From IMG/VR virus record IMGVR_UViG_3300044796_000159: DNA of 29,000 nt. One strand, written 5' to 3'. Of this stretch, positions 1 to 8,455 are shown in pieces. Under the pieces are notes generated by a model. That model had not been told where the DNA came from and ran no database searches. It was given only the letters and a program-made list of their open reading frames with translations. Each line of letters opens with the position of its first letter. Within the stretch, counting starts at the first letter, position 1. The stretch is from a virus. Both the position numbers and the translations under genes were made by a program.

Positions 1-386
1 GAAGTGTGACCAAAAATATTTTGATATGTCACTTTGCAAATTTGCTTTCGCGGAACTTCAATAAACTTACCAGGCGCCGACAAGCATCCTTCTCTAAGAG
101 AAATATCCTTACCAGACAATTCAATTTTTGGATTTATCATCGTTCTTCTTATTGCGGTTCTTACAAGACTGCCTTTCTTTTCTGGAACGGCAAAGGGAAC
201 ATCAATAACAAACATTGATTTATTGATGCCAACTTGATTGGCAGACAATCCTACGCCCTTTTCCTTGCGCATCACTTCAATCATTTCTTCTACTTGGTCT
301 TTTAAAGAAATATCAAAGTGCGTTACAGGGTCCAGTTCCCAACCTAATATATCGGCAGGATATAATACTAACTTAAGTTTATCCAT
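1..386 (-). CDS. def: Peptide deformylase (3' end runs off the window)
   Basis: Manual translation from ATG at 386: MDKLKLVLYPADIL...GVGLSANQVG...INPKI...EGCLSAPG. Contains PDF motifs G-x-G-x-A-x-Q and EGCLS; the HExxH motif would lie outside the window. Not in the ORF track. Confidence 0.93.
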   Translation of the reverse strand, partial: MDKLKLVLYPADILGWELDPVTHFDISLKDQVEEMIEVMRKEKGVGLSANQVGINKSMFVIDVPFAVPEKKGSLVRTAIRRTMINPKIELSGKDISLREGCLSAPGKFIEVPRKQICKVTYQNIFGHT

Positions 387-736
387 TAATTTTTCCTAAA
401 CAATTTCTTAGCTTCGGCGTATGGGTCTGCATTTCCTTCTGGAATATCCTCAATAAGACAAAGACCATTTCTATAAAGCTCAGATACGAATCTGCCTACG
501 AATTCCTTAAGATATTCAATTGTATTTGAATCTCTTGCGTCTTTATCGGCCAATTTTTCTGTAAGTTTTTCATTCATTACTTTAAGAGCGCCATCATCAA
601 AGACAACTCTTTGGCTTCTATCAAGAGGGTCAATGCTGACAACTAATGGATTTGGGTCTTCTTTGGATACCGGACCTTTAAAAATATTAATTGTTACCAA
701 ATCAAGAATATCTACATGTTTTAATAAATTAGCCAT
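386..736 (-). CDS. Hypothetical protein (116 aa)
   Basis: ORF coupled to its neighbours (TAATG overlap with def); no recognisable motif. Confidence 0.7.
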   Translation of the reverse strand: MANLLKHVDILDLVTINIFKGPVSKEDPNPLVVSIDPLDRSQRVVFDDGALKVMNEKLTEKLADKDARDSNTIEYLKEFVGRFVSELYRNGLCLIEDIPEGNADPYAEAKKLFRKN

Positions 737-947
737 CTGTTTTTACTCCTTCTGCTACCGTCGCGGTCTCTACTACTGGTTCTGGAATTGACTTAAGTCT
801 TGAACCAGATGTTAATACATTGTACATATCTACTGCGTCATGTAAAGACTTACTTCCATTTTGTTTCAATAACATATCAATCAGATTATGAAACTTTTCT
901 ATTTGTTTATCCGTTGCCTGCAAAATATTTACATAATTTTCTTCCAT
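729..947 (-). CDS. Hypothetical protein (72 aa)
   Basis: ATG preceded by AGGAG Shine-Dalgarno; fits gene packing. Confidence 0.7.
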   Translation of the reverse strand: MEENYVNILQATDKQIEKFHNLIDMLLKQNGSKSLHDAVDMYNVLTSGSRLKSIPEPVVETATVAEGVKTDG

Positions 948-955
948 ATTTTCTC

Positions 956-2023
956 CTATTTATTTAAAATGTGAGGTTTGCCCTCTTCATACGAACTATT
1001 TGTAATTTCCATTACTTCTGCATTATCTCTAAATTCTTTTAAGGTTCTGGCGCCAGTATAAGACATTGCTACTCTCAGTCCACCTACAAGACCTTCTACA
1101 ATCTTTTTAACTGGACCTTTTAAGGGCAGTCTTGTGCTTTCACCTTCTGGAATATACGAAGCATCTTCTTCTGAAAACCATCCGTTAAACTTTCTACCTT
1201 CTTTAGAAGCCATTCCCGCATATACTTTAAATTTATTTCCTAAAATATCTTTGTGAACTTCGCCAGGTGCTTCATTTGTAGCCGCCAATAATGAACCCAA
1301 CATAACACAATCAGCACCGACAGCAATAGCTTTTGCAATATCTCCAGAATTTTTTAGTCCACCATCAGCAATAATTGTGCCCTGCTCATCTTTTAGACCT
1401 AAACTTTCTTTGGCGTAACGTGCAGCCATCAACGCCGTCACTTGTGGTACGCCGTGGCCCGTAACGAGTCTTGTAGAACACGCAGAGCCCGGACCTATAC
1501 CTACCCTTACTAGATTAGCTCCCGCGTCTATAAGACGCTTATAGCCATCAGAGGTGCATACGTTACCAGCCATCAAAATAGATTCATTAAGTTGTTGTCT
1601 TATCCACTTACAAGCTTGAATAGAAACTTCACTATCGCCATTAGCAACATCTATGCAAAATTTTCTAACTCCAACTTCATACAATTTAGAAATTCTATCT
1701 TTAAAATCTCCAGTAGCTCCAATTGCAAAGAATGGCAATTCTTCAGCAGAACATTGAATGTCCCATATATTCCACAATTGTTGCATTTGGTCATCAATGG
1801 GCATATATCTGTGAACTACACCAGTCCCACCCAAATTCATCATTGCCCACAGCATTTCGTACTCTGAAACCGTGTTCATTGGTGAAGATATAATTGGAAT
1901 TTCCAATTCATGAACGCCGAACTTAAAACTTGTACTTGGTTCTTTTCTAGATTTTACATCTGAATATCTAGGAACCAAAGTAATATCATTAAAGGATAAA
2001 CCTTTTTCTTTTATTATTATCAT
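956..2023 (-). CDS. guaB: IMP dehydrogenase / GMP reductase family oxidoreductase, no CBS domain
   Basis: Motifs [34 protein letters not shown] (catalytic Cys), IIADGG, MLGSLLA, YAGMAS, PEG. Confidence 0.92.
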   Translation of the reverse strand: MIIIKEKGLSFNDITLVPRYSDVKSRKEPSTSFKFGVHELEIPIISSPMNTVSEYEMLWAMMNLGGTGVVHRYMPIDDQMQQLWNIWDIQCSAEELPFFAIGATGDFKDRISKLYEVGVRKFCIDVANGDSEVSIQACKWIRQQLNESILMAGNVCTSDGYKRLIDAGANLVRVGIGPGSACSTRLVTGHGVPQVTALMAARYAKESLGLKDEQGTIIADGGLKNSGDIAKAIAVGADCVMLGSLLAATNEAPGEVHKDILGNKFKVYAGMASKEGRKFNGWFSEEDASYIPEGESTRLPLKGPVKKIVEGLVGGLRVAMSYTGARTLKEFRDNAEVMEITNSSYEEGKPHILNK

Positions 2024-2356
2024 TTAGAATGGGTCCACATCGGCATCAGACTTTAATCCATAAATGGTCTCATCTAGTGCTTCTTTAAGAACGGTATTAC
2101 TATATGCTTTTCTTATTGATTTAGAAGAATCTCTTTTCCATTGTCCTTCTTTGTCTGTTTTTTCTTTAATATAATCTAACAAACATTCTCCAGAACAAAA
2201 AATAAAATTCGTGCGCTGTTCATTTGATTTTTTGTCTGAGTGGTGGTTTGGTTCTATCGATTCTAACCTAATGTAGGCTTCAACGCCTTTATTGTCGCTT
2301 TTTTTAATTATATATTGGTCAGAGCACTTATCACATACTGCATATTCTACTCGCAT
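2024..2356 (-). CDS. Hypothetical zinc-binding protein (CxxC...FCSxxC)
   Basis: CDKC near the N-terminus and FCSGECL; TRASH/YHS-like Cys spacing (inference). Confidence 0.65.
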   Translation of the reverse strand: MRVEYAVCDKCSDQYIIKKSDNKGVEAYIRLESIEPNHHSDKKSNEQRTNFIFCSGECLLDYIKEKTDKEGQWKRDSSKSIRKAYSNTVLKEALDETIYGLKSDADVDPF

Positions 2357-2357
2357 A

Positions 2358-2663
2358 CTATTCCTTTATTGTAAAACTATCTTCTATATTGGTTGTTAAA
2401 AAATTTATTAAACAAGCTTTATTACAGAATGTATAATTCTTATTCTTAAGTTGTCTTTTTCTAAACATTTCGTAAGATTTTATCGGAGTAAAAACGGCAT
2501 CAAGAGAAATTCCTACCGGAACAGTAGGCACCATTGATGCCTTTTCTTTGGCGCTCATATAGGCGTATTCATCTTCTGTGCAAGTGTCTGCAAGTTGCAC
2601 CATATCACCGCAATTTTGACAAGTAAAATTATGTAATATCATTTTCTTTCTTATTAACTCCAA
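2358..2663 (-). CDS. Hypothetical zinc-binding protein (CxxC...FCNxxC)
   Basis: CQNC and FCNKACL; same Cys pattern as the adjacent gene. Confidence 0.65.
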   Translation of the reverse strand: MELIRKKMILHNFTCQNCGDMVQLADTCTEDEYAYMSAKEKASMVPTVPVGISLDAVFTPIKSYEMFRKRQLKNKNYTFCNKACLINFLTTNIEDSFTIKE

Positions 2664-5600
2664 ACCATTTAAAGCTTTTATTTAACGAAAACCCCCATTG
2701 AGGTTCATAGCCCAAACTCAATATTACCACATTCGCAGGCTTAAACAAAGAAATTTGTGTAGGTTTTATCCACGCCTTGAAGGTATAAGTTTTATTAGAT
2801 ATTCCAGAAACAGTTATATTATAATAAAGTTTTCCATTTTTCGTTGTCTTCTCTTCTACGCCCTCTACAATGCACCAAACTTTATTTTTAGAGAACTCTT
2901 CTGTTTCTTCTTCGCCTTCTATTTCGTAGCCGCTCTTCTGTTCATCAATGGCATCTATTCCATATTCATTGAGGAAATTAATATACTTTTCAATTAAAGG
3001 ACTTTTATCATAGAAACCAATTAATTCATTTTGAATTACAATCTTATCGCCAAGTGTCCAATCAGGAACATCTATCAATAAAGCTTCATCTAGTTTTATT
3101 TTTCCTTTTTTAATCTTGTCAAAGATTTTTGTATCAGCCAACATAAACTCATAAAGATGTCTATAATTTTTAAAAACTTTATCTGGTCCTACACAATTTA
3201 GAGACTGAAAGGATTCAGTTTTGATAAGGGCTTCCAAACATTTTTTATTCAATTTGTTCCAACGCCATACGCCGGCAGCATTAAAAAAGAAATTTTCAAA
3301 AGTTGTAAAGCCATCACCCTTTCTCTCTAGTAGTTCATAGGCGCCTACATCACCAATACCCTTAAGAGAGTTTAATGGTGGTAGCCACGAATTATCAACG
3401 AAGTTCCACTCTGTCGCCTTAGAAAGGTTAATGTCCACTTTTGATACATTGTATCCTAACTTTCTGACAGTTACAATCGTTTTTTGTTTGTTGGCGTCTT
3501 TCTCTAAGCAGGCTTTAATCCATTGAATTGGGAAATATGTGTATAGCCATGCGCATGAATACGAATTGTATGCGTATGCAATGGCATGAGACTTATTGAA
3601 ACCATAAGAAATAAATCCCATGATTTCTTCGTCCCACAATGTAGTAGCTCTTTCTTCAGTTATTCCTTTTTCAATAGAGCCCTTAATAAACTTCTCTCTA
3701 TATTCAAGGCGTTGGATTTTAAGTTGCTCACCTAACTCTTGAGAAGGTTTTACTAGCATTTTTCTTAATTGGTCAGCTTCATCAAGCGTAAATCCTGCAA
3801 GCTTATGGGCAAGCAACATGAATTGCTCTTGGTAAATCAACAAACCTCTGGTTGCGCCGAGCACTTCTTGAATAATTGGATGTTCTCTTTTGACATTTTC
3901 TTCATCGTAATCTACATATCTTTTGTCGGCCTGTCCCTTTAATGGACCTGGGCGATAAATGGAAGTTAAAGCTGCTATATCATTGACGCTACGAGGCTTT
4001 GCTTTTTTACAAAACTGTTGAACGTTGTTTGCTTCGAATTGGAATGTGCTTATGAAATTTCCTTGGCAATAAACATTATCTATAACCTTTTGGTCATCGG
4101 GGTCTATTATGTCAGGATGAAGATTTTCATTATAGAATTTCCAAATATCTTCAATATTAGGATTGATTGTTCCGCGCTCTTTCAAAATAATTTCTATACA
4201 TCTTGAAATGATTGCTAATGTTTTAAGTCCTAACAAATCATACTTAATTAATCCAAAATATTTTAAGTGCTGAGCCGTTATACCTTCTGAAATAGGAGAT
4301 TGGTCTACACCTTGACTTCTAATGATGGGCAAACAAGCTTCGAGGTCTGAAGCTATAATGATACCACCAGCGTGTTGGCCAATTGAAGATATTGATTGGT
4401 AGAGAGCTTCTATTCTTGTGACTAGTTGTGGATATTTTTCTAAGAATTCTCTAAAAGTTTTAGAATGCTTACGTGCCTTCTCGTAAGAGAACTCATAAAG
4501 CTTTTGGTCATGATTGATTTCTTCAAGAATTGGTTTCTTAGCTTCCGATTCCATGACTGAAGTAACCATATTTACTTCATCGTATGGTATTCCTTCGAGC
4601 TTGGATAAGTTTTTAACAAGAGACTTCAGTTGCAACTTATTGTAATTTGAAATTGCAATAACGTTGTTCTGTCCAAATCTTTCTCTGAGAATATCTAAGG
4701 CTTTTTCTCTATCAGCAATGTCTGTATCAATATCAGCTTCGGCCTTAGTAGGAGAAAGGAATCTTTCAAAAAGAAGTCCATGTCTTATTGGGTCAATTTG
4801 CGTAATATCCAATAGATAATTTATCAAAGAGCCCGCGCCAGAGCCGCGACCAGGCCCTAATAACATATGTTTTCTTATTGTATCTACGATTTCTTTTTTG
4901 GTAAGAAAGTATTCTGGCAGTTTAATCTTTTGAATAACTTGTAGTTCAAATATTAATCTATTGACATAGACTTCTTTAGTGTGTAATTTTCTAGCTTTAA
5001 GCCCTTCGATGCATACTTCTTTTAATGTAATAAAGGGAGTCTTACCACCATCTTTTATAGTTGAAAGTTTTGGAAGTTTTGTAGTACTGTTCGGTTTTAC
5101 ATTCTCGCAAAAATCGTGCGCAATGTCATAAGACCTTTCAATTGCTTCTTGAATAAGTTTGTCGTCTGTAAATGATTTACCAAATTCAGAATCTTTATAT
5201 TCTTCAAAGAGCTGGTCTCCATTCTTCAAATATAATTGACATTCTAATTCATCTATAGTCTTTTCGATAACTGATTTGTCTATTTCTTGTTTCTTTTTTT
5301 GAAAACCAAGCATGCGATATATTTCGCGAGCTTTCCAGTCTTCTGGTTTAGAATAATGACAATCAGAGGTAGCTATAAGGCTATAGCCGCTTCTTTTAGA
5401 GTATTCTACAAGGTGTTGGTTAACTATTTGTTGTTCTGGAAGTTTATTAAACTGCAACTCAAGAAAGAATCTATCTTTTCCAAAGATTTCCATCAATGGT
5501 AATAGTTCATTATCGTATCTTTGCATCGCTTGTTCTACTGAATCGCACTGCAAAGATAACCAGCTCGGAATACCCGCGAGACATGCAGTAGATAGAATGA

Positions 5601-6144
5601 TTCCTTCGTTGCATTCCTTAAGCATCTTATAGTCTACGCGAGGTTTTCTATAAAATCCTTCTCTATGTGAACGAGAAACAAGTCTAAATATATTTTTAAG
5701 ACCTTCTTGATTATAAGCTACTGCAACTAGATGATTTCTTCTCTTGAATGGGTCAAACCATTTAGATTTACTTTCTTTTTCATTCTCAAAGATTAAACCT
5801 TCATCTTCTTTCTCGTCTTTTTCGTCTTCGGTTTTCTTTTTCTTTTTAGTTTCTTCTTTTATTCTCTTGGCCTCTTCGTCTTTTTCGTGCTTTAATACGC
5901 TCCAATCAGTTAATGATGGAACTGTATAAAGTTCTGCACCGTATAAAAGCTTAAGATTTGGAAATTTCTTTTGAGCGGCGGCGATGTATCCAGCGGCGGA
6001 TAAGTTGCCGTGGTCAGTAATAGCAAATCCGCCAGAGTCTTCTCCAGCATTCTTTTGCAACCACTGAATATAACTTTCGACGCTGCCGTGCGCGTCATAA
6101 AGACTGAAGTTTGTGTGCCCATGTAGATTGAAAGTTTTAAGCAT
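2629..6144 (-). CDS. dnaE: DNA polymerase III alpha subunit (family C) with PHP domain
   Basis: 1171 aa intact ORF. PHP motifs HGHT..S..D, ITDHG, GAELY, HL, FYRKPRVD, STACLAG, SDCHY; then GPGRGSGAGSL, LLFERFL, DIDTD, HAGG, KYDLLGL, FQF, RPGP, YQEQ, YGFNKSHA. Confidence 0.97.
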   Translation of the reverse strand: MLKTFNLHGHTNFSLYDAHGSVESYIQWLQKNAGEDSGGFAITDHGNLSAAGYIAAAQKKFPNLKLLYGAELYTVPSLTDWSVLKHEKDEEAKRIKEETKKKKKTEDEKDEKEDEGLIFENEKESKSKWFDPFKRRNHLVAVAYNQEGLKNIFRLVSRSHREGFYRKPRVDYKMLKECNEGIILSTACLAGIPSWLSLQCDSVEQAMQRYDNELLPLMEIFGKDRFFLELQFNKLPEQQIVNQHLVEYSKRSGYSLIATSDCHYSKPEDWKAREIYRMLGFQKKKQEIDKSVIEKTIDELECQLYLKNGDQLFEEYKDSEFGKSFTDDKLIQEAIERSYDIAHDFCENVKPNSTTKLPKLSTIKDGGKTPFITLKEVCIEGLKARKLHTKEVYVNRLIFELQVIQKIKLPEYFLTKKEIVDTIRKHMLLGPGRGSGAGSLINYLLDITQIDPIRHGLLFERFLSPTKAEADIDTDIADREKALDILRERFGQNNVIAISNYNKLQLKSLVKNLSKLEGIPYDEVNMVTSVMESEAKKPILEEINHDQKLYEFSYEKARKHSKTFREFLEKYPQLVTRIEALYQSISSIGQHAGGIIIASDLEACLPIIRSQGVDQSPISEGITAQHLKYFGLIKYDLLGLKTLAIISRCIEIILKERGTINPNIEDIWKFYNENLHPDIIDPDDQKVIDNVYCQGNFISTFQFEANNVQQFCKKAKPRSVNDIAALTSIYRPGPLKGQADKRYVDYDEENVKREHPIIQEVLGATRGLLIYQEQFMLLAHKLAGFTLDEADQLRKMLVKPSQELGEQLKIQRLEYREKFIKGSIEKGITEERATTLWDEEIMGFISYGFNKSHAIAYAYNSYSCAWLYTYFPIQWIKACLEKDANKQKTIVTVRKLGYNVSKVDINLSKATEWNFVDNSWLPPLNSLKGIGDVGAYELLERKGDGFTTFENFFFNAAGVWRWNKLNKKCLEALIKTESFQSLNCVGPDKVFKNYRHLYEFMLADTKIFDKIKKGKIKLDEALLIDVPDWTLGDKIVIQNELIGFYDKSPLIEKYINFLNEYGIDAIDEQKSGYEIEGEEETEEFSKNKVWCIVEGVEEKTTKNGKLYYNITVSGISNKTYTFKAWIKPTQISLFKPANVVILSLGYEPQWGFSLNKSFKWFGVNKKENDIT

Positions 6145-6412
6145 TCGCTAACTCTAACAGAATATCACCATGACAAGCAAGAGGTTTGCACCAACAAGAT
6201 AAAGTTTTTCCTTTAAGTTCCGGTAAATCTTTCATTAAGGTTGGATTATTTAAAATCCATTCTCTATACTTACTAACCGCATCTTCTCTTGTTCTAACTT
6301 GATATTTTGCCAAAGTTCCTGCTTTATGAGAAAAAGGATTGCCCCATTTAGTGGGTCTGCCAACATATACATCAAAAGGTTCTTTTTTGCAATGAACTAC
6401 TTTTAAACTCAT
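6137..6412 (-). CDS. DUF4326-family protein
   Basis: VYVGRPTKWGNPF...LKGKTLSCWCKPLACHGDIL is the characteristic pattern of this phage-associated family. Confidence 0.88.
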   Translation of the reverse strand: MSLKVVHCKKEPFDVYVGRPTKWGNPFSHKAGTLAKYQVRTREDAVSKYREWILNNPTLMKDLPELKGKTLSCWCKPLACHGDILLELANA

Positions 6413-6585
6413 CTACTCTTCTTTTTTAATTTCTTGACATTTCTTTCGCAAGATTTTCTATCTAAGCAAATAACTTCCAATGCACCATGATGATGGCGAG
6501 CCTCTGCATTTAATTCAGAGGGATGTTTTTGCTTTTTGCATCTTTGACAAGACGTATATCCCCACTTCTCATTTATATCATTCAT
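6409..6585 (-). CDS. Small Cys/His-rich hypothetical protein (58 aa)
   Basis: Manual translation MNDINEKWGYTSCQRCKK...HHHG...CLDRKSCE...; fills the gap exactly and overlaps both neighbours (ATGA coupling). Confidence 0.6.
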   Translation of the reverse strand: MNDINEKWGYTSCQRCKKQKHPSELNAEARHHHGALEVICLDRKSCERNVKKLKKKSR

Positions 6586-7348
6586 ATTTTGGAATATATT
6601 TCTTTAACTCTTCTACTGTAAAATGAGGACATTCGGTTAATTCCCAGCTATGTCTTTCGTAAAGACATCCATCTTCTTCCTCTTCCATTCTTAGCTTTTT
6701 AATAATGAATCCGCCGCGTTTATTGCGCACGGAAACATCATTCCAGTTTTTTCCCTTTTGAAAACATAGCTCTTGTTGTTCTGTGCTTGATTTACCATGA
6801 AGTTCTTTATGTGAATATAAAGATTGAGCCAACATTGAAATGCTATTTCTCACTGCATCTCTTTGGCGCCATATAAAATAATTACCAACTTCAGTAGCGT
6901 CTGGAATGGTAAAAGCTCTTGCATCAAAATAAGCCGGCTTGCCTGTTAGACCTTTATCTTCCGATATAAATAAAGGTAAATTAGTTGTTAATACGGCTCT
7001 ATTAAACTCTGCCGTAGCAATACTTGCCGCAACAGATACTATTTTTTGAAGATTACCATCAAACCAGGCATCGGTTTTTATACCTGTAAAATCCGTCATA
7101 AGAATTGAAATTTCGTCTGATTGCGTATAGGCTAAAACAGAACCTTGAATCTGTTGGCACAATTCAAATGCAACAATATCCATCCAATTTACAAGATTTG
7201 CATCGTATGGTTTGTCCATTCCGCGCGTAAAGGTATGAAATGCTTTTCCATCTAATCGAATAATTGTATAAGTTCTTCTGGGAAGGAAATATCGGGTTCT
7301 ATCTTCGTAATTTGCCTTGATTCTATCACCGAGGTCATCTTTGCTCAT
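6578..7348 (-). CDS. Thg1-like protein (tRNA-His guanylyltransferase / 3'-5' polymerase)
   Basis: LGDRIK..YE, IIRLDGKAFHTFT, YTQSDEIS, WFDG..QK..S, FDAR.F, YFIWRQRDA.RNS. Confidence 0.93.
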   Translation of the reverse strand: MSKDDLGDRIKANYEDRTRYFLPRRTYTIIRLDGKAFHTFTRGMDKPYDANLVNWMDIVAFELCQQIQGSVLAYTQSDEISILMTDFTGIKTDAWFDGNLQKIVSVAASIATAEFNRAVLTTNLPLFISEDKGLTGKPAYFDARAFTIPDATEVGNYFIWRQRDAVRNSISMLAQSLYSHKELHGKSSTEQQELCFQKGKNWNDVSVRNKRGGFIIKKLRMEEEEDGCLYERHSWELTECPHFTVEELKKYIPKYE

Positions 7349-7357
7349 AGTAGATTA

Positions 7358-7386
7358 ATCCTACTACAAAAGATGCAAAAAATCAA
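7358..7386 (-). promoter_or_regulatory. Putative sigma70-like promoter for the Thg1-DnaE block
   Basis: Minus strand TTGATT-N17-TAGGAT, ending 9 nt before the Thg1 ATG, in a short intergenic gap. Confidence 0.4.
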
Positions 7387-7388
7387 GT

Positions 7389-8452
7389 CTAAAGAATAGA
7401 CTGATACTTTACACCGGCGTCGCTCAAAGCGCCGACAACATTGGAACTACCACTCTTTATATACAAATCATAGCCTCTTGGATTTCCAGGAGAAAGTTCA
7501 TCGTTGTCTACTATCTGCCACCAAACAACATCTGTAAATCCCAGACTATTTGCAGTGTCTATAACTTTCTGAATTAAATTTCCAGTATTTAAAGAAAGAC
7601 TTTGATATCCAGGGTCATTTAAAGGAAATCCATATTCTCCAATGTAAAATCTTTTAGTAAATGGTTTTGTTATGTCCGGTTGTAAGGCTTGTTTAACTCT
7701 ATAAAATCCTTTAGTCATTAAAGAAATAATGTTAGCTTCTGCATCACTTTCGCCAGTTCCCCACGAGTTAATTGCTTCATATGCGCTCCAAGAAATAGCA
7801 TCACATTTTACTTGAGGTAAAACACTTCTATGGACACGAAAACTAAAATCATCTAATATTCTATTGCATTCAACAGCATGAGCAATTGTTGAAGTTGAAG
7901 TTATGGTTGCTCTTGCGTCTTCGATTGCTTTTTGACGAACATTCAAAAAGGCAGCATATCTTCCACATCTATAAACATCAATAATTGCAGTAGGGTCGAA
8001 CGCACCAAGTAAAGCCCAATCTCCTTCCCAATTTTGAAGTATGAATTGTTTATTGGAGAAATTAGAAAGTAAATATACCGCCAAATTATACATTTCATTA
8101 TATTCATTTAAAAGTTGAACATCAGATATGTCATTTATCCATGGATTATTAATCCCATTAGTAAATGTCCAAGTATTAATAAAAATTCTAGATAAAGAAT
8201 TGAATACATTAGTAAAAGCTATATCAGATGCTAGTCCAGCTAGTGTCGAATAAGTAGCGGCCCATGTTTGATTTGGGTAATCTGTTTTAGTATTATCTAA
8301 GTCTCCTTTATAATTTGGAGACAAATAAAATTTACCAGAAATAAATCCAAGTCCGAGTAACTAAACCGCGATGTATAAGTTAAAAAATCATTAGTTCCAC
8401 TTCTATCTGGATATTTACCTGCTACATTTGCACATCCATTTAAAACAGTCAT
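7389..8452 (-). CDS. Putative glycoside-hydrolase-like TIM-barrel protein (~353 aa); needs two +1 shifts
   Basis: ATG at 8452 gives MTVLNGCANVAGKYPDRSGTNDFLTYTS[C]GLVT[C]GLGFISGKFYL, joining ORF 7389..8324; extra bases at 8368 and 8355. Motifs FILQNWEGDW, ISWSAYE, YIGEYGFP, VVWWQ resemble clan-A glycosidase Glu motifs (inference). Confidence 0.6.
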
Positions 8453-8455
8453 AAA

